Positions 51,444-61,890 of a stretch of DNA of 61,890 bases are shown here, piece by piece. The DNA is from Chiloscyllium plagiosum (Eukaryota), in NCBI RefSeq assembly GCF_004010195.1, contig NC_057756.1, forward strand, positions 1,557,476-1,619,365. Reading direction: 5' to 3'. The position numbers and the translations under genes are program-made. A model generated the notes under the pieces. The model did not search any database. It had not been told where the DNA came from and worked only from the letters and a program-made list of their open reading frames with translations. Each line of letters opens with the position of its first letter. Position 1 is the first letter of the stretch.

Positions 51444-52514
51444 TTAAACTTGGAAGGGTGCAGAAAAAATTTTACAAGATGTGGCCAGGGTTGGAGAGTT
51501 TGAGCTATGGGGAGAGGCTGAATAGGCTGGGGTAGTTGTACCTGGAGTATCGGAGGCTGAGGGGTGACCTTCTAGCGGTTTATAAAATCATGAGGGGCAT
51601 GGATAGGATGAATAGCTAGGGTTTTTTCCCCAGGGTAAGCCAGTCAAAAACTAGAAGGTATAGGGTTAGGGCGAGAAGGGAAAGATTTGAAAGGGACCTC
51701 AGGGGCAACTTTTTCACGCAGAGGGTGGTGCGTGTATGGGATGAGCTGCCAGAGAAAGTGGTGGGGCTGGCTCAATGAAAATATTTAAATGACACCTGGA
51801 TTAGTAGATGAATAGGAAGGGTTCGGAGGGTGTGGGCCAAATGCTGGCAAATGGGACTAGATTAATTTAGGATATTTGGTTGGCATGGACAAGTTGGGCC
51901 AAAGGATGTGTTTCTGTGCTGTCCATCTCTGTGACTCTCGTCAGTTGCTTTGTCACTTGCTGAGCTTTTTTCAGAAATGTCTGTTTCTAATTGCCAGAAT
52001 CCACAATTCTTTGGGGTTTTTTTTTGCACTGAGGGATTAAGTGAGTGGGGGAAAAAAAACTCAGCAGATAAAATATAATATGGGGAAATGTGAGTCGATG
52101 CATTTTGGCAAGAAGAATAGAGGAGCTGAATATTATTTAAATGGAGAAAGACTGGAACTGAGGAATTCAGAGTCCACGTGCATAAATCACAAAACAAAAC
52201 TAGCGTCTAAGTTGAACAGGTAATGGGGATAGCAAATGGTCTTTATTTCAGGAGAAATGCAGTATAAAAGTTGGGAGGTTTTTACTAAAACTGTACAAGA
52301 CCTAATAGAGGTTTACACAATTATGAGGGGCATGGATAGGATAAATAGACAAAGTCTTTTCCCCAGGGTCGGGGAGTCCAGAACTGGAGGGCATAGGTTT
52401 AGGATGAGAGGGGAAAGATATAAAAGAGACCTAAGGGGCAACTTTTTCACACACAGGGTGGTGCGGGTATGGAATGAGCTGCCAGAGGAAGTGATGGAGG
52501 CTGGTACAATTGTT

Positions 52515-52890
52515 CCATCGATCACTCCCAGGACAGGTACAGGGGATTAGATACAGAGCAAAGTTCCCTCTACACCATTTCCCCCCACCCCCCCTCCCCC
52601 CCACTCACCCACCATCGATCACTTCCAGGACAGGTACAGGGGATTAGATACAGAGCAAAGCTCCCTCTACACCATTTCCTTCACACATCCCCCACCCACC
52701 ATCGATCACTCCAAGGACAGGTACAGGGGATCCTCCCCCCACCCACCATCGATCACTCCCAGGACAGGTACAGGGGATTAGATACAGAGTAAAGCTCCCT
52801 CTACACCACCTCCCCCGCCACCTCCCCCCACCCACCATCGATCGCTCCCAGGACAGGTACAGGGGATTAGATACAGAGTAAAGCTCCCTG
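52515..52890 (+). repeat. Minisatellite, ~60-100-nt unit
   Basis: CCATCGATCACTCCCAGGACAGGTACAGGGGATTAGATACAGAG(C/T)AAAGCTCCCTCTACACC, about 5 copies. Confidence 0.9.
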
Positions 52891-52928
52891 TACATTTTCA
52901 TTCTAAAATAATTGCTCTCTTCCCTCAG

Positions 52929-53494
52929 TCCCACCGAAGGGAGACATGGTACGGCTGATCCGACAGGAGGAGGAGGAAATTGTAGTGGAGGGGCCTGCCC
53001 CCGTACCCTCCAGAGGAAGAGGAGGAAGATTGAGCGACCAGGATGGGCGGCGCCCCCGGCACCAGTGCGGCATCTGCGGCAAGGGCTTCCTGCACCCGTC
53101 GTCAGTGAGGACCCACCAGCGGGTGCACACCGGCGAGAGGCCGTTCCTCTGCGCATCCTGCGGCAAGGCCTTCAAGCACCTCTCCGAGGTAACCGTCCAT
53201 GAGAGGGTCCACACGGGTGAGAGGCCATTCGCCTGCGGCATCTGCGGCAAGGCCTTCGTCAACTCCTCCAACCTGCTGACCCACCGCCGGGTCCACACCG
53301 GCGAGAGGCCCTACAAGTGCACCGTCTGCGGCAAGGACTTCACGCAGTCTGGCGAGCTCAAGAAGCATGGACGTGTCCACACCGGCGAGCGGCCCTACAA
53401 GTGCACCGTCTGCGGCAAAGGCTTCACCCGCTCGCCCCACGTCAAGCGGCACCAAAGGGTCCACACCCGGCACCTGGGCACCGTGACCCTCTGA
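52929..53494 (+). CDS. C2H2 zinc-finger protein, five fingers, no KRAB/SCAN/BTB seen
   Basis: Five intact CxxC-12x-HxxxH fingers with four TGERP linkers, high GC3, acceptor ctcttccctcag at 52928, in-frame ATG at 52946, TGA ends 53494. Confidence 0.95.
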
Positions 53495-54069
53495 CGAACT
53501 CCCCCACTCTGCCAGCTTGATCTGTGGGAAAGGGCCAGCAGTGTGTAAACTCTACATTTCTCTCTCTCTCTCGTGCACATCGTCTTCTGTCAGCATTGTG
53601 ATGTGTGTTGTCGGTCCATCCGGCTTTTGCTTGTGCCCCAGTTCCCCACTGGCAAGCTGCAGCCAGGAAAGGCCTACATTTCTGTCTGTGAGCGAGCCAT
53701 TTGTTTCAGGAAGCGATCAACACTGTTTGCGTGCAAGCACACACACAAGACACCCAGATGTTGACTCCTGCGTATACTCTTTGCACACGTGCACAACCTG
53801 ACTCATGCAAACACATGCGCACAGTGTATCTCATACACACTTTGCACACTGACTCTTGCACACACACAGACATTGATTCATGTGCACACACAAGACAAAC
53901 AGATGTTGACTCCTGCGTATACTCTTTGCACACAGACACCGACTCATACACACTTGTGCGCATATGCACAGACACTAATTCACGCGTAGACTTCTTGCGC
54001 GCGCGCACACACACAGACACTGAGTCACATATACACACTTTGCACATACATATTCTCACGCATACACTT

Positions 54070-54298
54070 GTTGTGGTTCTGTTCGCCGAGCTGGGAATTT
54101 GTGTTGCAGATGTTTCGACCCCTGACTAGGTGACATCCTCAGTGCTTGGGAGCCTCCTGTGAAGCGCTTCACAGAAGGCTCCCAAGCACTGAGGATGTCA
54201 CCTCAACAGGGGACGAAACGTCTGCAACACAAATTCCCAGCTCGGCGAACAGAACCACAACAATGAGCACCTGAGCTACAAATCTTCTCACAGACTTT
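54070..54298. mobile_element. 192-bp palindromic PLE-derived element with hammerhead motifs on both strands, plus 3' tail
   Basis: Arms 54070-54165 and 54166-54261 are near-perfect reverse complements around GAAGC|GCTTC. Confidence 0.9.
54186..54225 (+). ncRNA. Minimal type-I hammerhead ribozyme motif
   Basis: GCA-CTGAGGA-T-GTCACCT-CAAC-AGGGGAC-GAAA-C-GTC-TGC: core, stem II, GUC cleavage triplet and 3-bp stem I (GCA/TGC). Confidence 0.75.
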
Positions 54299-55509
54299 GC
54301 ATACACTTTGCACACGCACACACTGACTGATGCGTACACTCTTTGCGCACGCACACACACTCACACAAACATACACTGACTCATGGACTGCAGCCGTTCG
54401 CAAAGTTCTCACCACCTTCTCAAGGACAGCTCGGGATGAACCATAAGTGCTGGCCAAGTTGCGACACCTACATCCCATGTGCATATTCTGTTCTCATGTT
54501 CATACATGCACATGTACTGACTCACATGCAGAATGTTTGCACACCCTCACACTCAGCAATGTAGACACACATTGACAAAGCATTTGGAACACTAGCTGTT
54601 CAGTCCCTCAGTCACTGGTCAGAGGCAGCAGCTTCTCGACAAATGGTGAGTGAGAACAGTGAGCTGCCTTCCAATTCATTGTTGCCTGTCTGCATGGAGA
54701 GATGGTGAAGTAGCCTCTTTAGAGTCTGGAGTCTTTCCGCTCCAATCTTGTTCACGCACGGACTGTGTGCCAGCCTAGCAGTCAATCACAGAGTTATGAC
54801 CAACTGAACACTCCTAATCACCATATTGGTCGAGGACCCAATCAACAGGCTGTCACCAGGCAGATTGGCCTTGAGCACTCACCCACAGGGTTCTCGTGTC
54901 CGGCAATCTCCTGTCCTGTCACTTCCTCTCCCACATCAACAAGGCGACAGTGTAAATACAGCTCCCAATGTGCTATAAAACCACTGCATCTCTTTGTACA
55001 GCTTCCTTCTTTTAGAACAGACCTTTCTCCATTTCGGTCACAAACCAAAAATAAAATCAAATATCGTGATCTTCACAATGTATACTCGTGCAAGCGCACA
55101 CTATCTTTTGTGTACCCACTCTGGTACACCCACATGTACTTATATGCTCATATATGTTTACATTTGGTGTGCATACACACACTTTCTGGCTCATGTGCAC
55201 ACTCTGCTATGTGCAAACACACACAATTACACACAATTTGGTATACACAAACGGAATTTTACACATACTTTCTGGTAGGTGCAAATACACACCCAGACTT
55301 GTGCACATTTTGGTGCATGCACACTCTGGGGACACAAATACCTGCATACTCGTGAAAACACTCCACTGATATATGTGTTGGCAAACTGATTCATTAGCAT
55401 ACACTCTCAGGTACACACCTGCACGGATTTATTAGCATACACAGGTACACTCAGGTCCACTGGCACACAGACACAGTCTGACTGATAAACATACAATGAT
55501 AGATATACA

Positions 55510-55980
55510 CTGGGGGAGTGCTGCAGATATACCATGTATTGGAGAGAGTGCTACACTACTGGAGGGTTATTACTGATGGAATGTCATTCTGTCAGAGGGT
55601 CTGCGCTGTCTGATGTCAGCGCTGAGGGGGTACGCACTGTCAGAGGGTCAGTATCGAGGGAGTGCTGCATTGTTGAAGAATCAGCACTGAGGGAAGAAGC
55701 ATTGTCAGTGTCAAAGGATCAGCACTGAGGGATTGGGTACTGTTGGAGGTTCAGTACTGCAGGAGTGGGTGCTGTCAGAGGGTCAGTACTGAGGGAGTGG
55801 GCTGTGTCAGAGGGTCAGTGCTGAGGGAGTGGGCAGTGTCAGAGGGTCAGCACTAAGGGAGTGGGCACTGTCTGGGTCAGTATTGAAGGAACAAGCACTG
55901 TTGGAGAGTCAGCACTGAGGTGCAGGCACTGTCAGAGTGTCAGTACTATGGGAGTGGGCACTGTCAAAGAGCCAGTGCTG
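55510..55980 (+). repeat. Minisatellite, ~30-nt unit
   Basis: GTCAGAGGGTCAGTACTGAGGGAGTGGGCACT repeats. Confidence 0.9.
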
Positions 55981-56069
55981 TTTTCTTGTGGAATTTTCAC
56001 ATCTGAATGGAAATGAATAAGAACCTGAACTATCCTGTCAATACAAAATAACTTTCAAAGCTGCCCGTT

Positions 56070-57655
56070 TAACAAAGAAAAATTACAACCCAGGAACTGG
56101 CCCTTTGGCCCTCCAAGCCTGAGCCGATCCAAATCCACTGTATAAACCTCTGCGCGATTCCTAAGCATCTGTATCCCTCTGCTTCCCCACCTACTCATGC
56201 ATCTATCCAGACACATCTTAAATGAATCTACCGTGCCTGCCTCTACCACCTCTGCTGGCAATGCATTCCAGGCACCTACCACCTTCTGTGTAAAGTATTT
56301 ACCACGTATGTTCCCCCTTAAACGTTTCACCTCTCACTTTGAAAGCATGACCTCTCATTATTGAATCCCTCACCCTGGGAAAAAGCTTATCTCTATCCAT
56401 CCTGTCTATATTCTTCATGATTTTATAGACCTCAGTCAGGTTCCCCCCTCAATCTCCTTTCTTTCTAATGAAAACAATCCTAACCTACTCAACCTCTCTT
56501 CATAGCTAGCACCTTCCATACCAGGCAACATCCTTGTAAACCTCTGCACCCTCTCCAAAGTATCCACATCCTTTTGGTAATGTGGCGCCCAGAACTGTAC
56601 ATAGTATTTTAAATGCGGCCAAATCAGTCTTGTACAATTTTAACATGACCTGCCAGTTCTTATACTCAATACCCCATCTGATGAAGGCAAACATACCATA
56701 TGCCTTCTTGACCTCTCTATCCACCTATGCAGCCACCTACAGGATGCAATGGACCTGAACGCCCAGATCTCTCTGCTCATCAACTTTTCCCAAGGCTCTT
56801 CCGTTTACAGTATAGTTCGCTCTAGAATTAGACCTTACAAAATGCATCACCTCATATTTGCCTGGATTGAACTCCATCTGCCACTTCTCTGCCCAACTCT
56901 CCAGTCTATCTATGTTCTCCTGTATTCTTTGACAGTCCCCTATGCTTTCTGCAACTCCACCAATCTTCGTGTCAACTGCAAATTTACTGATCAGACCATC
57001 AATGCCCTCTTCCAGATCGTTTATGTATATCACAACCAACAGCGACCCCAGCACTGATCTCTGTGGAACACCACTGGTCACTTTTCTCCATTTTGAGAAA
57101 CTCCCTTCAATGACTACTCTCTGTCTCCTGTTGCTCAACCAGCTCTTTATCCACCTAGCTAGAACACCCTGCACACCATGGGGAACCTTATCAAACGCCT
57201 TACTAAAGTCTATGTCTATGACATTTACAGCCCTTCCTTCATCTATCAACTTCCTCAAAGAACTCTTTTAAGTTGGTAAGGCGCAATCTCCCCCACAAAA
57301 TAAAAACCATGTTGCCTATCACTGAGAAGCCCATTCCTTTCCAAATATAAATAGGCTTTATCCCTCACTACCTTCTCCAACAACTTCCCCACCACTAACA
57401 TCAGGCTCAATGGCCTGTACTTACCTAGAATTTCCTTCTTGTCCAGGGGGGTCATGGAATAACTTTAGCGAGCAGAATGAAGGAGAATCCCAAGGCCCTT
57501 TATTCGTATATAAGAAGCAAGAAGGTAACTAGAGAAACGGTCAGCCCACTACAGGATAAGGAAGGAAGGTTGAGTATTGACCTGAGAAAATGGGTGAGAT
57601 TCTCAATGATTACTTTGCATCAGTGTTCACTGAGGAGAGGGACATGATAACAAGT
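56070..57655 (-). mobile_element. CR1 RT-3' end (56070-57452) with an inverted upstream ORF2 piece (57452-57655, +)
   Basis: YRPLSL, DFSKAFDKVPH, SGVPQ.SVLG, WQMEFNPGK on minus; KENPKA...DYFASVFTEE on plus. Confidence 0.88.
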
Positions 57656-58029
57656 CGTCACACCAGCCCAGCACCAATTCCACTTTGAGCACAGTTATAG
57701 AATCATATGGCATGGTAACAGACCCTTCAGTACAACCTGTCCATGTCAACCAGGTTTCTCAAACTAAACACTTCCCATTTGCTCGCATTTGGAATGCTGC
57801 CGAAAATTCCACGCTCAAGTACAGGGTGAGGTTCAGCTTCATTGGCCTCCTCTCCCACTATGAAGGAAAATCAGGGTTGACAGATATTTAACAATCCATT
57901 CATACAATTCTTCCTCCGCAACTCCATCCCAACAACTTTCTAACACAGGCTGTCACAAAAACCTATCTTCAAGATCTTATGCAGGTTTGGAAATTTGGCC
58001 AGAGATTTGAGTCCAACGTTGATCATTCT

Positions 58030-59430
58030 TAAAAATCACACAACACCAGGTTATAGTCCAACAGGTTTAATTGGAAGCACACTAGCTTTCGGAGCACCGC
58101 TGATAGTTTCACTTCTTTCATGTGTAAATCACAAAACTTTTTTTTAAGTTGCATTGTCAGGTTAACCAACAATTGGTGTTAGCGAGACAATATGTTGAAG
58201 ATGTTAGCCCCCTGTGTTCTCTGTCTATGCCATGATGTTTAGATTGTTTCTAATCTAAAAAGTGAGATAACAAAGTTTTACATGAATTCATGCAGTTTTT
58301 GAGCAAAGTACAATGTAACTCTGCAAGTACAAATTCACCCCACAAATGTATATGAATATGGGTGTGTGTGTGTCTGGGTTGGGGAGGGTTGTGAGTGTGA
58401 GAGAGAGTTTATACATATGCGTAGAGTGTCTTAAGTCTATGAGGAGGTGCGTGTGGGAGTGTGTGTCTGTCTCGGGTGGGGGGGTTGTGAGTGTCTGTGA
58501 GAGAGAGTGTATAGGTGTGTATGTGAGTGTAGAGTGGTCTAAGTTTCTGAGAGGATGAATGTGGGAGTGTGTGTGTCTGTAAGGGTGTGCGTGAGTGTCT
58601 GTGTGCATGTCTGTGTATATATGTGTCTATTTGTGTGTGTGTATAGTGCAATGGTGGTCACCTGTAGTGTGACATGAACCCAAGGTCCCAGTTGAGGCCC
58701 TCCCTATGGGGATGGAACTTAGCTATCAGCCTCTGCTCGGCCACGTTTCGCTGCTGCCTGTCCCGAAGTCCGCCATGGAGGAAGGTCACCTGAAGGTCCG
58801 AGGTCAAATGTCCTGGACCACTGAAGTGTTCCCCAACTGGAAGGGAACACTCCTGTCTGTTGATTTTTGTGAGGTGCCCATTCATCCATTGCTGTAGCCT
58901 TTGCATGGTTTCCCCAATGTACCATGCCTCAGAGCATCCTTGCCTGCAACGTATAAAATAGACAACGTTGGCTGAGTCACATGACTACCTGCCATGTACA
59001 TGGTGGGAGGTGTCCCCATGTGTAATGGTGGTATCCATGTCCACACTCTGACACATCTTGCATCACCTACCGTGACAGGGTTGTATGGAGATGTCCTGAA
59101 AGCCGGGCAGCTTGCTACGAACAATGATCTGTTTGAGGTTTGGCGGTTGTTTAAAGGCAAGCAGTGGAGGTGTGGGGAAGGTCTTGGCGAGGTGCTCATC
59201 CTCATTGATAATGTGTTGCAGGTCACGAAGTACATGGTGTAGTTTTTCAGTTCCTGGGAAGTACTGAACAACGAAGGGTACCCTGTCGGTTGCAGCACGT
59301 GTCTGTCTCCTGAGGAGGTCATTATGGTTCCTTGCTGTGGCACGTCGGAACCGACGGTCAATGAGTTGAGCATCGTACCCCATTCTTATGAGGGCGTCCC
59401 TGAGTACTTCCAGATGCCCATCACATTAAT
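58030..59430 (-). mobile_element. Penelope-like element 3' part (GIY-YIG + 3' repeat)
   Basis: DRVPFVVQYFPG, PLLAFKQPPNL, WYIGET, VGEHFSGPGH, EQRLIAKF..HREGLN. Confidence 0.9.
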
Positions 59431-59544
59431 CATACTGACATACCCCAGCTCCTTAAATCCATCATCTAGTCTCTCTCCTTTGTGCTGTGGCAGTTGTCAA
59501 TTACGAGCTCTACAACCTTGTCTAGGCTCCAGTTTAGGTTAGAT

Positions 59545-59850
59545 GATTCCCTCCAGTGTGGAAACAGGCCCTTCAGTCCAACAAGTCCATACTGACCTTC
59601 CGAAGAGTAACCCAGATCCATTTCCCTCTGACTAATGCATCTAACACTGTGGGCAATTTAGCATGGCCAATTCACCCTGACCTGCACATCTTTGGATTGT
59701 GGGAGGAAACCAGAGCACCCGGAGGAAACCCATGCACACACGGTGAGAATGTGCAAACTCCACACAGTCAGTCGCCCAAGGCTGAGAATCAAACCTGGGT
59801 CCCTGCTGCTTTGAGGCTGCAGTGCTAACCACTGAGCCACCGTGCCGCCC
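59545..59850 (-). mobile_element. HE1-type SINE
   Basis: Head GGGGCGGCACGGTGGCTCAGTGGTTAGCACTGC, full body and tail. Confidence 0.9.
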
Positions 59851-59984
59851 CTTTGATTGGTATTGTGCCAGATTGAAACATGCTACAAGAAGAGGTCATT
59901 CACTCATCATCCCAATGCTGGCTTCCTGACAGGAACAACCCAGTTCTTGCTCTCTCCCTCTAACCCAACTGACCACATCTAGCC

Positions 59985-60807
59985 TCCTCCCTCCACTTTG
60001 AATCCACATTCTCCTCATTCTCTTACTCTACCTCTCCACCTCTCTTCGCTCCCTCTATTCTACGCCATCTTTCTCTCTCCCTCTCATTCCCCCTTTCTCC
60101 CACACCCCTCCCTCTCTCTTTCACTCCCTCACCTCCCCACTCCCTTTTCGACCCCCCCTTCCCCNNNNNNNNNNNNNNNNNNNNNNNNNNNNNNNNNNNN
60201 NNNNNNNNNNNNNNNNNNNNNNNNNNNNNNNNNNNNNNNNNNNNNNNNNNNNNNNNNNNNNNNNNNNNNNNNNNNNNNNNNNNNNNNNNNNNNNNNNNNN
60301 NNNNNNNNNNNNNNNNNNNNNNNNNNNNNNNNNNNNNNNNNNNNNNNNNNNNNNNNNNNNNNNNNNNNNNNNNNNNNNNNNNNNNNNNNNNNNNNNNNNN
60401 NNNNNNNNNNNNNNNNNNNNNNNNNNNNNNNNNNNNNNCTACGTCTTCCTCTCTCCCTCTAGTTCTACCACTCTCACTTTCTCTGTTACTCTCTCTGTCT
60501 TAGTTTCTCTTTCTCTCTCTCTTCCTCTCACTCTCTTCTTGTCTTTTTCTCTTTCTGTCAACTTCTTTGTCTCTCCATCAATCTCTCTCTCTCTCTCTCT
60601 GTCGCTTTCTTTCCGTCTCTTTGTCTCCTCATCTCTCTCTCTTTCCCTATCTTTGTCTCTCAGTCTGTCCTTCTGTCTGCCTCAACTTCTCACTATCTGT
60701 CTCCCATTCGCTTTCTCTCGCTATCTCCCCGTTTCTCCGTGTCTCCTGTTCTCTATCTCTCTCTCTCCCTGTCTCTCCGTCTATCTGTACCTCTCTCTCT
60801 ACCTCTG

Positions 60808-60838
<31 letters not shown>

Positions 60839-60840
60839 AG
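59985..60840. repeat. CT-rich low-complexity tract spanning a gap
   Basis: Almost pure pyrimidine on +. Confidence 0.9.
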
Positions 60841-60909
60841 TTCATTTCCATCCCACCGCTCCCTAAATCCCCCTCAGTATTTCTGTCTTTATCCTGGGGA
60901 TACAAACAT

Positions 60910-61203
60910 TCCGCAGCGCGATCGGAACCTTCTCGTGTGGCCGTGGAAGCGCCATCGGAATGCAGTCTGCTGCAAACCTTAGGGTTTGGTGAAGTGAGGG
61001 GGGGAATGATGGCGACCGTCTCTTCCCGTAAGCCCCCACGCGCCTGAAAGTGCTCTATGTCAGGGCTGGGGGTCACGTTGCGCCTGCGCCGCACTTAACT
61101 ACACCGCCCCGCTGCACGCCGGGATGTTGGAGGACTGCGGGATCGCGGAGCTGGGAGGAGCAGCGGCCGAGGCTGGGCGCACAGACTCTGGGGGAAGAAG
61201 GAG
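60910..61203 (+). promoter_or_regulatory. CpG-rich promoter and probable first exon of an unidentified gene
   Basis: CpG-dense, NRF1-like GCGCCTGCGC at ~61080, consensus donor GAG|gtgagt at 61204. Confidence 0.55.
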
Positions 61204-61279
61204 GTGAGTGCAGTCTCGGGGGGCGATGGGTTGGGGGGGGGAAGGGCTTCACCCACCTCCGCCGGGTGGATAAAGGTAG

Positions 61280-61595
61280 AATGAACCCCCTTAAAGGGGA
61301 ATGCATCTTCTTAAACGGGAGTGCACCCCCTTAAAGCGGAATGCATGCTTTTAAAAAGCGGTGCACCCTCCTAAAGGGGAAGGCACCCCCAACCCCCGAA
61401 AGAGGAATGTATCCCCTTAAACGGGAATGCAACTCCCACCCCCTTTTAAAGTGGAATGCATCCTCTTAAACGGGAATGCACCTCCTTAAAGTGGAATGAA
61501 GCCCTGAAAGCTGAATGCATGCTTTTAAAGAGCGTGAAACCTCTTAAAGGGGAGGGACCCCTTTAAAGAGGAATGCAACCCCTTAAAGCGGAATT
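61280..61595 (+). repeat. Minisatellite, ~20-nt unit
   Basis: CCCCTTAAA(G/C)(C/G/T)GGAATGCA repeats. Confidence 0.9.
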
Positions 61596-61744
61596 TTTAA
61601 AATAATCATTCATTGGATGAGGGCGTCGCTGGCTAGGCCAGTATTTATTGCCCATCCCTCATTACCCAGAGGGTAGTTTAGAGTCAACCGCATGGCTGTG
61701 GGTCTGGAGTCACATGCGGGCCAGACCAGGTAAGGCTGGTTAAA

Positions 61745-61881
61745 AATAAAAGCAAATTTCTGCGGATGCTGGAATCTGAAACCAAAAGAGAAAATGCTGG
61801 AAAATCTCAGCAAGCCTGGCATCATCTGTAAGGAGAGAAAAGAGCTGACGTTTCGAGTCTAACTGACCCTTTGTCAAAGCT
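61745..61881 (-). mobile_element. Short PLE-derived repeat with variant hammerhead core
   Basis: Minus strand AGCT-TTGACAA-A-GGGTC-AGTTA-GACTC-GAAAC-GTC-AGCT. Confidence 0.55.
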
Positions 61882-61890
61882 AAAAAAAAA

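Larger units (their letters stand above)
47700..51940 (+). mobile_element. CR1 ORF2 relic hosting three nested insertions
   Basis: VVMVGDFKFPNIGW, PLIKKGGKEKPGNYRPVSL, GKSCLTNLIE, SKFADDTKIGG, 3' tail at ~51930. Confidence 0.92.

Noticed and set aside
53517..55416. His/Thr/Cys-rich ORFs downstream of the ZNF and antisense ORFs over it
   Set aside because: Products of CA/TG low-complexity sequence and the GC-rich shadow of the real CDS.

Overview
Vertebrate nuclear DNA, very probably a cartilaginous fish (shark): HE1-type SINEs, shark-type CR1, Penelope and Rex1 retroelements, and three N-gaps (2099-2466, 40115-40614, 60165-60438). Most ORF-track entries are transposon debris or noise. The main result is invisible to the ORF track. 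A minus-strand gene spans ~5.8-37.8 kb and is built from GT-AG micro-exons of 18, 27 or 36 nt, all phase 1. Over its 3' half the exons strictly alternate 36 and 27 nt (63 nt = 21 aa = three heptads) and splice to a stop-free heptad coiled coil. Its 5' end is not found; a Gypsy relic and a gap lie upstream. Right of the gap is a short KRAB-less 5-finger C2H2 ZNF gene (+) with a probable upstream ATG exon and a promoter carrying NRF1/ZNF143-like motifs. The window also holds nested TEs, minisatellites and several minimal hammerhead-ribozyme motifs in Penelope-derived elements, including a 192-bp spacerless palindrome with one motif per strand. All calls were made by eye; family names come from motif recognition, not database searches, and TE boundaries are approximate.
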